NCBI RefSeq assembly: GCF_009914755.1
Contig: NC_060942.1
Length of the DNA: 64,000 nucleotides
DNA from: the human T2T-CHM13v2.0 reference genome, Homo sapiens
Reading direction: 5' to 3' (one strand)
Within the stretch, counting starts at the first letter, position 1. Each line of letters begins with the position of its first letter. Positions 27,001 to 40,046 of the stretch are shown in pieces. The translations under genes and the position numbers were made by a program. A model generated the notes under the pieces. That model saw nothing but the letters and a program-made list of their open reading frames with translations. It did not search any database and was not told the origin of the DNA.

Positions 27001-30000
27001 TTTTAGTATATGGAAGTGGACATTTGGAGCGCTTTCAGGCCTACGTTGGAAAAGGAAATATCTTCCCATAACAATTAGACAGAAGCATTCTCAGAAACTA
27101 GTTTCTGATGTGTGTCCTCAACTAACACAGTTGAACATTTCTTTAGACAGAACAGTTTTGAAACTCTCTTTTTGTGGAATCTGCAAGTGGCTATTTGGCT
27201 AGATTTGAGGATTTCGTTGGAAACGGGATTACATATAAAAAGCAGACAGCAGCATTCTCAGAACGTTCTTTGTGATGATTGCATTCAAGTCACAGAATTG
27301 AACATTCCCTTTCACAGAGCAGGTTTGAAACACTCTTTTTGTAGTGTGTGTAAGTGGACATTTGGAGCACTTTCCGGCCTAAGGTGAAAAAGGAAATATC
27401 TTCCCATAAAAACTAGACAGAAGCATTCTCAGAAACTTACTCGTGATGTGTGTCCTCAACTAAAGGAGTAGAACCTTTCTTTTCATAGAGAAGTTTTGAA
27501 ACGCTCTTTTTGTGGAATCTGCAAGTGGATATTTGGCTAGTTTGGAGGATTTCGTTGGAAGCGGGAATTCATACAAATTGCAGACTGCAGCTTTCTGAGA
27601 AACATCTTTGTGATGTTTGTATTCAGGACACAGAGTTGAACATTCCCTATCATAGAGCAGGTTTGAATCACTCCTTTTGTAGTATCTGGAAGTGGACATT
27701 TGGAGCGCTTTCAAGCCTATGTTGGAAAAGGAAATATCTTCCCATAACAACTAGACAGAAGCATTCTCAGAAACTTATTTGAGATGTGTGTACTCAACTA
27801 AGAGAATTGAACCACCGTTTTGAAGGAGCAGTTTTGAAACACTCTTTTTCTGGAATCTGCAAGTGGATATTTGGCTAGCTTTGGGGATTTCGCTGGAAGC
27901 GGGAATACATATAAAAAGCCCACAGCAGCGTTCTGAGAAACTGCTTTCTGATGTTTGCATTCAAGTCAAAAGTTGAACACTCCCTTTCATAGTGCAGTCC
28001 TGAAACACTCCTTTTGTAGTATCTGGAACTGGACTTTTGGAGCGCTTTCAGGGCTAAGGTGAAAAAGGAAATATCTTCCCATAAAAACTGGACAGAAGCA
28101 TTCTCAGAAACTTGTTTATGCTGTATCTACTCAACTAACAAAGTTGAACCTTTCTTTTGATAGAGCAGTTTTGAAATGCTCTTTTTGTGGAATCTGCAAG
28201 TGGATATTTGGCTAGTTTTGAGGATTTCGTTGGAAGCGGGAATTCATACAAATTGCAGACTGCAGCGTTCTGAGAAACATCTTTGTGATGTTTGTATTCA
28301 GGACAGAGAGTTGAACATTCCCTATCATAGAGCAGGTTGGAATCACTCCTTTTGTAGTATCTGGAAGTGGACATTTGGAGCGCTTTCAGGCCTATGTTGA
28401 AAAAGGAAATATCTTCCCATAACAACTAGACACAAGCATTCTCAGAAACTTGTTTGTGATGTGTGCCCTCTACTGACAGAGTTGAACCTTTCTTTTCATA
28501 GAGCAGTTTTGAAACACTCTTTTTGTAGAATCTGCAAGAGGATATTTGCATAGCTTTGAGGATTTCGTGGGAAACGGGATTGTCTTCAGGTAAAATCTAG
28601 ACAGAAGCATTCTCAGAAACTTCTTTGGGATGTTTGCATTCAAGTCACAGAGTAGAACATTCCCTTTGGTAGAGCAGGTTTGAAACACTCTTTTTGTAGT
28701 ATCTGGAAGTGGACATTTGGAGCGCTTTCAGGCCTATGTTGGAAAGGGAAATATCTTCCCGTAACAACTAGGCAGAAGCATTCTCAGAAACTTATTTGAG
28801 ATGTGTGTACTCAACTAAGAGAATTGAACCACCGTTTTGAAGGAGCAGTTTTGAAACACTCTTTTTCTGGAATCTGCAAGAGGATATTTGCCTAGCCTTG
28901 AGGATTTCGTTGGAAACGGGATTGTCTTCAGATCAAATCTAGACAGAAGCATTCTCAGAAACTTCTTTGGGATGTTTGCATTCAAGTCACAGAGTAGAAC
29001 ATTCCCTTTGGTAGAGCAGGTTTGAAACACTCTTTTTTTAGTATATGGAAGTGGACATTTGGAGCGCTTTCAGGCCTACGTTGGAAAAGGAAATATCTTC
29101 CCATAACAACTAGACAGAAGCATTCTCAGAAACTAGTTTCTGATGTGTGTCCTCAACTAACACAGTTGAACATTTCTTTAGACAGAACAGTTTTGAAACT
29201 CTCTTTTCGTGGAATCTGCAAGTGGCTGTTTGGCTAGATTTGAGGATTTCGTTGGAAACGGGATTACATATAAAAAGCAGACAGCAGCATTCTCAGAAAG
29301 TTCTTTGTGATGATTGCATTCAAGTCACAGAATTGAACATTCCCTTTCACAGAGCAGGTTTGAAACACTCTTTTTGTAGTGTGTGTAAGTGGACATTTGG
29401 AGCACTTTCCGGCCTAAGGTGAAAAAGGAAATATCTTCCCATAAAAACTAGACAGAAGCATTCTCAGAAACTTACTCGTGATGTGTGTCCTCAACTTAAG
29501 GAGTAGAACCTTTGTTTTCATAGAGAAGTTTTGAAACGCTCTTTTTGTGGAATCTGCAAGTGGATATTTGGCTAGTTTTGAGGATTTCGTTGGAAGCGGG
29601 AATTCATACAAATTGCAGACTGCAGCGTTCTGAGAAACATCTTTGTGATGTTTGTATTCAGGACACAGAGTTGAACATTCCCTATCATAGAGCAGGTTTG
29701 AATCACTCCTTTTGTAGTATCTGGAAGTGGACATTTGGAGCGCTTTCCGGCCTATGTTGGAAAAGGAAATATCTTCCCATAACAACTAGACAGAAGCATT
29801 CTCAGAAACTTATTTGAGATGTGTGTACTCAACTAAGAGAATTGAACCACCGTTTTGAAGGAGCAGTTTTGAAACACTCTTTTTCTGGAATCTGCAAGTG
29901 GATATTTGGCTAGCTTTGGGGATTTCGCTGGAAGCGGGAATACATATAAAAAGCACACAGCAGCGTTCTGAGAAACTGCTTTCTGATGTTTGCATTCAAG

Positions 30001-32235
30001 TCAAAAGTTGAACACTCCCTTTCATAGAGCAGTCCTGAAACACTCCTTTTGTAGTATCTGGAACTGGATTTTTGGAGCGCTTTCAGGGCTAAGGTGAAAA
30101 AGGAAATATCTTCCCATAAAAACTGGACAGAAGCATTCTCAGAAACTTGTTTATGCTGTATCTACTCAACTAACAAAGTTGAACCTTTCTTTTGATAGAG
30201 CAGTTTTGAAATGCTCTTTTTGTGGAATCTGCAAGTGGATATTTGGCTAGTTTTGAGGATTTCGCTGGAAGCGGGAATTCATACAAATTGCAGACTGCAG
30301 CGTTCTGAGAAACATCTTTGTGATGTTTGTATTCAGGACAGAGAGTTGAACATTCCCTATCATAGAGCAGGTTGGAATCACTCCTTTTGTAGTATCTGGA
30401 AGTGGACATTTGGAGCGCTTTCAGGCCTATGTTGAAAAAGGAAATATCTTCCCATAACAACTAGACACAAGCATTCTCAGAAACTTGTTTGTGATGTGTG
30501 CCCTCTACTGACAGAGTTGAACCTTTCTTTTCATAGAGCAGTTTTGAAACACTCTTTTTGTAGAATCTGCAAGAGGATATTTGCATAGCTTTGAGGATTT
30601 CGTGGGAAACGGGATTGTCTTCAGGTAAAATCTAGACAGAAGCATTCTCAGAAACTTCTTTGGGATGTTTGCATTCAAGTCACAGAGTAGAACATTCCCT
30701 TTGGTAGAGCAGGTTTGAAACACTCTTTTTGTAGTATCTGGAAGTGGACATTTGGAGCGCTTTCAGGCCTATGTTGGAAAGGGAAATATCTTCCCGTAAC
30801 AACTAGGCAGAAGCATTCTCAGAAACTTATTTGAGATGTGTGTACTCAACTAAGAGAATTGAACCACCGTTTTGAAGGAGCAGTTTTGAAACACTCTTTT
30901 TCTGGAATCTGCAAGAGGATATTTGCCTAGCCTTGAGGATTTCGTTGGAAACGGGATTGTCTTCAGATCAAATCTAGACAGAAGCATTCTCAGAAACTTC
31001 TTTGGGATGTTTGCATTCAAGTCACAGAGTAGAACATTCCCTTTGGTAGAGCAGGTTTGAAACACTCTTTTTTTAGTATATGGAAGTGGACATTTGGAGC
31101 GCTTTCAGGCCTACGTTGGAAAAGGAAATATCTTCCCATAACAACTAGACAGAAGCATTCTCAGAAACTAGTTTCTGATGTGTGTCCTCAACTAACACAG
31201 TTGAACATTTCTTTAGACAGAACAGTTTTGAAACTCTCTTTTCGTGGAATCTGCAAGTGGCTATTTGGCTAGATTTGAGGATTTCGTTGGAAACGGGATT
31301 ACATATAAAAAGCAGACAGCAGCATTCTCAGAAAGTTCTTTGTGATGATTGCATTCAAGTCACAGAATTGAACATTCCCTTTCACAGAGCAGGTTTGAAA
31401 CACTCTTTTTGTAGTGTGTGTAAGTGGACATTTGGAGCACTTTCCGGCCTAAGGTGAAAAAGGAAATATCTTCCCATAAAAACTAGACAGAAGCATTCTC
31501 AGAAACTTACTCGTGATGTGTGTCCTCAACTTAAGGAGTAGAACCTTTGTTTTCATAGAGAAGTTTTGAAACGCTCTTTTTGTGGAATCTGCAAGTGGAT
31601 ATTTGGCTAGTTTTGAGGATTTCGTTGGAAGCGGGAATTCATACAAATTGCAGACTGCAGCGTTCTGAGAAACATCTTTGTGATGTTTGTATTCAGGACA
31701 CAGAGTTGAACATTCCCTATCATAGAGCAGGTTGGAATCACTCCTTTTGTAGTATCTGGAAGTGGACATTTGGAGCGCTTTCCGGCCTATGTTGGAAAAG
31801 GAAATATCTTCCCATAACAACTAGACAGAAGCATTCTCAGAAACTTATTTGAGATGTGTGTACTCAACTAAGAGAATTGAACCACCGTTTTGAAGGAGCA
31901 GTTTTGAAACACTCTTTTTCTGGAATCTGCAAGTGGATATTTGGCTAGCTTTGGGGATTTCGCTGGAAGCGGGAATACATATAAAAAGCACACAGCAGCG
32001 TTCTGAGAAACTGCTTTCTGATGTTTGCATTCAAGTCAAAAGTTGAACACTCCCTTTCATAGAGCAGTCCTGAAACACTCCTTTTGTAGTATCTGGAACT
32101 GGATTTTTGGAGCGCTTTCAGGGCTAAGGTGAAAAAGGAAATATCTTCCCATAAAAACTGGACAGAAGCATTCTCAGAAACTTGTTTATGCTGTATCTAC
32201 TCAACTAACAAAGTTGAACCTTTCTTTTGATAGAG

Positions 32236-34612
32236 CAGTTTTGAAATGCTCTTTTTGTGGAATCTGCAAGTGGATATTTGGCTAGTTTTGAGGATTTCGC
32301 TGGAAGCGGGAATTCATACAAATTGCAGACTGCAGCGTTCTGAGAAACATCTTTGTGATGTTTGTATTCAGGACAGAGAGTTGAACATTCCCTATCATAG
32401 AGCAGGTTGGAATCACTCCTTTTGTAGTATCTGGAAGTGGACATTTGGAGCGCTTTCAGGCCTATGTTGAAAAAGGAAATATCTTCCCATAACAACTAGA
32501 CACAAGCATTCTCAGAAACTTGTTTGTGATGTGTGCCCTCTAGTGACAGAGTTGAACCTTTCTTTTCATAGAGCAGTTTTGAAACACTCTTTTTGTAGAA
32601 TCTGCAAGAGGATATTTGCATAGCTTTGAGGATTTCGTGGGAAACGGGATTGTCTTCAGGTAAAATCTAGACAGAAGCATTCTCAGAAACTTCTTTGGGA
32701 TGTTTGCATTCAAGTCACAGAGTAGAACATTCCCTTTGGTAGAGCAGGTTTGAAACACTCTTTTTGTAGTATCTGGAAGTGGACATTTGGAGCGCTTTCA
32801 GGCCTATGTTGGAAAGGGAAATATCTTCCCGTAACAACTAGGCAGAAGCATTCTCAGAAACTTATTTGAGATGTGTGTACTCAACTAAGAGAATTGAACC
32901 ACCGTTTTGAAGGAGCAGTTTTGAAACACTCTTTTTCTGGAATCTGCAAGAGGATATTTGCCTAGCCTTGAGGATTTCGTTGGAAACGGGATTGTCTTCA
33001 GATCAAATCTAGACAGAAGCATTCTCCGAAACTTCTTTGGGATGTTTGCATTCAAGTCACAGAGTAGAACATTCCCTTTGGTAGAGCAGGTTTGAAACAC
33101 TCTTTTTGTAGTATCTGGAAGTGGACATTTGGAGCGCTTTCAGGCCTATGTTGGAAAGGGAAATATCTTCCCGTAACAACTAGGCAGAAGCATTCTCAGA
33201 AACTTATTTGAGATGTGTGTACTCAACTAAGAGAATTGAACCACCGTTTTGAAGGAGCAGTTTTGAAACACTCTTTTTCTGGAATCTGCAAGAGGATATT
33301 TGCCTAGCCTTGAGGATTTCGTTGGAAACGGGATTGTCTTCAGATCAAATCTAGACAGAAGCATTCTCAGAAACTTCTTTGGGATGTTTGCATTCAAGTC
33401 ACAGAGTAGAACATTCCCTTTGGTTGAGCAGGTTTGAAACACTCTTTTTTTAGTATATGGAAGTGGACATTTGGAGCGCTTTCAGGTCTACGTTGGAAAA
33501 GGAAATATCTTCCCATAACAACTAGACAGAAGCATTCTCAGAAACTAGTTTCTGATGTGTGTCCTCAACTAACACAGTTGAACATTTCTTTAGACAGAAC
33601 AGTTTTGAAACACTCTTTTTGTGGAATCTGCAAGTGGCTATTTGGCTAGATTTGAGGATTTCGTTGGAAACGGGATTACATATAAAAAGCAGACAGCAGC
33701 ATTCTCAGAAAGTTCTTTGTGATGATTGCATTCAAGTCACAGAATTGAACATTCCCTTTCACAGAGCAGGTTTGAAACACTCTTTTTGTAGTGTGTGTAA
33801 GTGGACATTTGGAGCACTTTCCGGCCTAAGGTGAAAAAGGAAATATCTTCCCATAAAAACTAGACAGAAGCACTCTCAGAAACTTACTCGTGATGTGTGT
33901 CCTCAACTAAAGGAGTAGAACCTTTCTTTTCATAGAGAAGTTTTGAAACGCTCTTTTTGTGGAATCTGCAAGTGGATATTTGGCTAGTTTTGAGGATTTC
34001 GTTGGAAGCGGGAATTCATACAAATTGCAGACTGCAGCGTTCTGAGAAACATCTTTGTGATGTTTGTATTCAGGACACAGAGTTGAACATTCCCTATCAT
34101 AGAGCAGGTTTGAATCACTCCTTTTGTAGTATCTGGAAGTGGACATTTGGAGCGCTTTCAGGCCTATGTTGGAAAAGGAAATATCTTCCCATAACAACTA
34201 GACAGAAGCATTCTCAGAAACTTATTTGAGATGTGTGTACTCAACTAAGAGAATTGAACCACCGTTTTGAAGGAGCAGTTTTGAAACACTCTTTTTCTGG
34301 AATCTGCAAGTGGATATTTGGCTAGCTTTGGGGATTTCGCTGGAAGCGGGAATACATATAAAAAGCACACAGCAGCGTTCTGAGAAACTGCTTTCTGATG
34401 TTTGCATTCAAGTCAAAAGTTGAACACTCCCTTTCATAGAGCAGTCCTGAAACACTCCTTTTGTAGTATCTGGAACTGGACTTTTGGAGCGCTTTCAGGG
34501 CTAAGGTGAAAAAGGAAATATCTTCCCATAAAAACTGGACAGAAGCATTCTCAGAAACTTGTTTATGCTGTATCTACTCAACTAACAAAGTTGAACCTTT
34601 CTTTTGATAGAG
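32236..34612 (+). repeat. 14-mer HOR variant ABCCDEF (2,377 bp)
   Basis: Anchor spacing 32246->34623. C-dimer ORFs at 32885 and 33227. Confidence 0.95.
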
Positions 34613-36647
34613 CAGTTTTGAAATGCTCTTTTTGTGGAATCTGCAAGTGGATATTTGGCTAGTTTTGAGGATTTCGTTGGAAGCGGGAATTCATACAAAT
34701 TGCAGACTGCAGCGTTCTGAGAAACACCTTTGTGATGTTTGTATTCAGGACAGAGAGTTGAACATTCCCTATCATAGAGCAGGTTGGAATCACTCCTTTT
34801 GTAGTATCTGGAAGTGGACATTTGGAGCGCTTTCAGGCCTATTTTGGAAAGGGAAATATCTTCCCGTAACAACTATGCAGAAGCATTCTCAGAAACTTGT
34901 TTGTGATGTGTGCCCTCTACTGACAGAGTTGAACCTTTCTTTTCATAGAGCAGTTTTGAAACACTCTTTTTGTAGAATCTGCAAGAGGATATTTGCATAG
35001 CTTTGAGGATTTCGTGGGAAACGGGATTGTCTTCAGGTAAAATCTAGACAGAAGCATTCTCAGAAACTTCTTTGGGATGTTTGCATTCAAGTCACAGAGT
35101 AGAACATTCCCTTTGGTAGAGCAGGTTTGAAACACTCTTTTTATAGTATCTGGAAGTGGACATTTGGAGCGCTTTCAGGCCTATGTTGGAAAGGGAAATA
35201 TCTTCCCGTAACAACTAGGCAGAAGCATTCTCAGAAACTTATTGGAGATGTGTGTACTCAACTAAGAGAATTGAACCACCGTTTTGAAGGAGCAGTTTTG
35301 AAACACTCTTTTTCTGGAATCTGCAAGAGGATATTTGCCTAGCTTTGAGGATTTCGTTGGAAACGGGATTGTCTTCAGATCAAATCTAGACAGAAGCATT
35401 CTCAGAAACTTCTTTGGGATGTTTGCATTCAAGTCACAGAGTAGAACATTCCCTTTGGTAGAGCAGGTTTGAAACACTCTTTTTTTAGTATATGGAAGTG
35501 GACATTTGGAGCGCTTTCAGGCCTACGTTGGAAAAGGAAATATCTTCCCATAACAATTAGACAGAAGCATTCTCAGAAACTAGTTTCTGATGTGTGTCCT
35601 CAACTAACACAGTTGAACATTTCTTTAGACAGAACAGTTTTGAAACTCTCTTTTTGTGGAATCTGCAAGTGGCTATTTGGCTAGATTTGAGGATTTCGTT
35701 GGAAACGGGATTACATATAAAAAGCAGACAGCAGCATTCTCAGAACGTTCTTTGTGATGATTGCATTCAAGTCACAGAATTGAACATTCCCTTTCACAGA
35801 GCAGGTTTGAAACACTCTTTTTGTAGTGTGTGTAAGTGGACATTTGGAGCACTTTCCGGCCTAAGGTGAAAAAGGAAATATCTTCCCATAAAAACTAGAC
35901 AGAAGCATTCTCAGAAACTTACTCGTGATGTGTGTCCTCAACTAAAGGAGTAGAACCTTTCTTTTCATAGAGAAGTTTTGAAACGCTCTTTTTGTGGAAT
36001 CTGCAAGTGGATATTTGGCTAGTTTGGAGGATTTCGTTGGAAGCGGGAATTCATACAAATTGCAGACTGCAGCGTTCTGAGAAACATCTTTGTGATGTTT
36101 GTATTCAGGACACTGAGTTGAACATTCCCTATCATAGAGCAGGTTGGAATCACTCCTTTTGTAGTATCTGGAAGTGGACATTTGGAGCGCTTTCAGGCCT
36201 ATGTTGGAAAAGGAAATATCTTCCCATAACAACTAGACAGAAGCATTCTCAGAAACTTATTTGAGATGTGTGTACTCAACTAAGAGAATTGAACCACCGT
36301 TTTGAAGGAGCAGTTTTGAAACACTCTTTTTCTGGAATCTGCAAGTGGATATTTGGCTAGCTTTGGGGATTTCGCTGGAAGCGGGAATACATATAAAAAG
36401 CACACAGCAGCGTTCTGAGAAACTGCTTTCTGATGTTTGCATTCAAGTCAAAAGTTGAACACTCCCTTTCATAGAGCAGTCCTGAAACACTCCTTTTGTA
36501 GTATCTGGAACTGGACTTTTGGAGCGCTTTCAGGGCTAAGGTGAAAAAGGAAATATCTTCCCATAAAAACTGGACAGAAGCATTCTCAGAAACTTGTTTA
36601 TGCTGTATCTACTCAACTAACAAAGTTGAACCTTTCTTTTGATAGAG

Positions 36648-39600
36648 CAGTTTTGAAATGCTCTTTTTGTGGAATCTGCAAGTGGATATTTGGCTAGTTT
36701 TGAGGATTTCGCTGGAAGCGGGAATTCATACAAATTGCAGACTGCAGCGTTCTGAGAAACATCTTTGTGATGTTTGTATTCAGGACAGAGAGTTGAACAT
36801 TCCCTATCATAGAGCAGGTTGGAATCACTCCTTTTGTAGTATCTGGAAGTGGACATTTGGAGCGCTTTCAGGCCTATGTTGAAAAAGGAAATATCTTCCC
36901 ATAACAACTAGACACAAGCATTCTCAGAAACTTGTTTGTGATGTGTGCCCTCTAGTGACAGAGTTGAACCTTTCTTTTCATAGAGCAGTTTTGAAACACT
37001 CTTTTTGTAGAATCTGCAAGAGGATATTTGCATAGCTTTGAGGATTTCGTGGGAAACGGGATTGTCTTCAGGTAAAATCTAGACAGAAGCATTCTCAGAA
37101 ACTTCTTTGGGATGTTTGCATTCAAGTCACAGAGTAGAACATTCCCTTTGGTAGAGCAGGTTTGAAACACTCTTTTTGTAGTATCTGGAAGTGGACATTT
37201 GGAGCGCTTTCAGGCCTATGTTGGAAAGGGAAATATCTTCCCGTAACAACTAGGCAGAAGCATTCTCAGAAACTTATTGGAGATGTGTGTACTCAACTAA
37301 GAGAATTGAACCACCGTTTTGAAGGAGCAGTTTTGAAACACTCTTTTTCTGGAATCTGCAAGAGGATATTTGCCTAGCCTTGAGGATTTCGTTGGAAACG
37401 GGATTGTCTTCAGATCAAATCTAGACAGAAGCATTCTCAGAAACTTCTTTAGGATGTTTGCATTCAAGTCACAGAGTAGAACATTCCCTTTGGTAGAGCA
37501 GGTTTGAAACACTCTTTTTGTAGTATCTGGAAGTGGACATTTGGAGCGCTTTCAGGCCTATGTTGGAAAGGGAAATATCTTCCCGTAACAACTAGGCAGA
37601 AGCATTCTCAGAAACTTATTTGAGATGTGTGTACTCAACTAAGAGAATTGAACCACCGTTTTGAAGGAGCAGTTTTGAAACACTCTTTTTCTGGAATCTG
37701 CAAGAGGATATTTGCCTAGCCTTGAGGATTTCGTTGGAAACGGGATTGTCTTCAGATCAAATCTAGACAGAAGCATTCTCAGAAACTTCTTTGGGATGTT
37801 TGCATTCAAGTCACAGAGTAGAACATTCCCTTTGGTTGAGCAGGTTTGAAACACTCTTTTTTTAGTATATGGAAGTGGACATTTGGAGCGCTTTCAGGTC
37901 TACGTTGGAAAAGGAAATATCTTCCCATAACAACTAGACAGAAGCATTCTCAGAAACTAGTTTCTGATGTGTGTCCTCAACTAACACAGTTGAACATTTC
38001 TTTAGACAGAACAGTTTTGAAACACTCTTTTTGTGGAATCTGCAAGTGGCTATTTGGCTAGATTTGAGGATTTCGTTGGAAACGGGATTACATATAAAAA
38101 GCAGACAGCAGCATTCTCAGAAAGTTCTTTGTGATGATTGCATTCAAGTCACAGAATTGAACATTCCCTTTCACAGAGCAGGTTTGAAACACTCTTTTTG
38201 TAGTGTGTGTAAGTGGACATTTGGAGCACTTTCCGGCCTAAGGTGAAAAAGGAAATATCTTCCCATAAAAACTAGACAGAAGCATTCTCAGAAACTTACT
38301 CGTGATGTGTGTCCTCCACTAAATGAGTAGAACCTTTCTTTTCATAGAGAAGTTTTGAAACGCTCTTTTTGTAGAATCTGCAAGAGGATATTTGCATAGC
38401 TTTGAGGATTTCGTGGGAAACGGGATTGTCTTCAGGTAAAATCTAGACAGAAGCATTCTCAGAAACTTCTTTGGGATGTTTGCATTCAAGTCACAGAGTA
38501 GAACATTCCCTTTGGTAGAGCAGGTTTGAAACACTCTTTTTATAGTATCTGGAAGTGGACATTTGGAGCGCTTTCAGGCCTATGTTGGAAAGGGAAATAT
38601 CTTCCCGTAACAACTAGGCAGAAGCATTCTCAGAAACTTATTTGAGATGTGTGTACTCAACTAAGAGAATTGAACCACCGTTTTGAAGGAGCAGTTTTGA
38701 AACACTCTTTTTCTGGAATCTGCAAGAGGATATTTGCCTAGCTTTGAGGATTTCGTTGGAAACGGGATTGTCTTCAGATCAAATCTAGACAGAAGCATTC
38801 TCAGAAACTTCTTTGGGATGTTTGCATTCAAGTCACAGAGTAGAACATTCCCTTTGGTAGAGCAGGTTTGAAACACTCTTTTTTTAGTATATGGAAGTGG
38901 ACATTTGGAGCGCTTTCAGGCCTACGTTGGAAAAGGAAATATCTTCCCATAACAATTAGACAGAAGCATTCTCAGAAACTAGTTTCTGATGTGTGTCCTC
39001 AACTAACACAGTTGAACATTTCTTTAGACAGAACAGTTTTGAAACTCTCTTTTTGTGGAATCTGCAAGTGGCTATTTGGCTAGATTTGACGATTTCGTTG
39101 GAAACGGGATTACATATAAAAAGCAGACAGCAGCATTCTCAGAACGTTCTTTGTGATGATTGCATTCAAGTCACAGAATTGAACATTCCCTTTCACAGAG
39201 CAGTTTTGAAACACTCTTTTTGTAGTGTGTGTAAGTGGACATTTGGAGCACTTTCCGGCCTAAGGTGAAAAAGGAAATATCTTCCCATAAAAACTAGACA
39301 GAAGCATTCTCAGAAACTTACTCGTGATGTGTGTCCTCAACTAAAGGAGTAGAACCTTTCTTTTCATAGAGAAGTTTTGAAACGCTCTTTTTGTGGAATC
39401 TGCAAGTGGATATTTGGCTAGTTTTGAGGATTTCGTTGGAAGCGGGAATTCATACAAATTGCAGACTGCAGCGTTCTGAGAAACATCTTTGTGATGTTTG
39501 TATTCAGGACACAGAGTTGAACATTCCCTATCATAGAGCAGGTTTGAATCACTCCTTTTGTAGTATCTGGAAGTGGACATTTGGAGCGCTTTCAGGCCTA

Positions 39601-40046
39601 TGTTGGAAAAGGAAATATCTTCCCATAACAACTAGACAGAAGCATTCTCAGAAACTTATTTGAGATGTGTGTACTCAACTAAGAGAATTGAACCACCGTT
39701 TTGAAGGAGCAGTTTTGAAACACTCTTTTTCTGGAATCTGCAAGTGGATATTTGGCTAGCTTTGGGGATTTCGCTGGAAGCGGGAATACATATAAAAAGC
39801 ACACAGCAGCGTTCTGAGAAACTGCTTTCTGATGTTTGCATTCAAGTCAAAAGTTGAACACTCCCTTTCATAGAGCAGTCCTGAAACACTCCTTTTGTAG
39901 TATCTGGAACTGGACTTTTGGAGCGCTTTCAGGGCTAAGGTGAAAAAGGAAATATCTTCCCATAAAAACTGGACAGAAGCATTCTCAGAAACTTGTTTAT
40001 GCTGTATCTACTCAACTAACAAAGTTGAACCTTTCTTTTGATAGAG
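36648..40046 (+). repeat. 20-monomer compound unit A-B-C-C-D-(E/B hybrid)-C-D-E-F (3,399 bp)
   Basis: Anchor spacing 36658->40057. At ~38290-38430 an E-type monomer start (CTTACTCGTG...AAACGCTC) runs into B-type sequence (GTAGAATCTGCAAGAGG...TTCGTGGGAAACGGG). Confidence 0.92.

Noticed and set aside
34623-35000. Longer ORFs (122-125 aa at 34623, 49564, 53624, 62438, and 5319, 7354, 29414, 31449 on the minus strand) as candidate de novo genes
   Set aside because: Each results from a stop-removing SNV or a hybrid junction in the repeat. Nothing supports a coding function.
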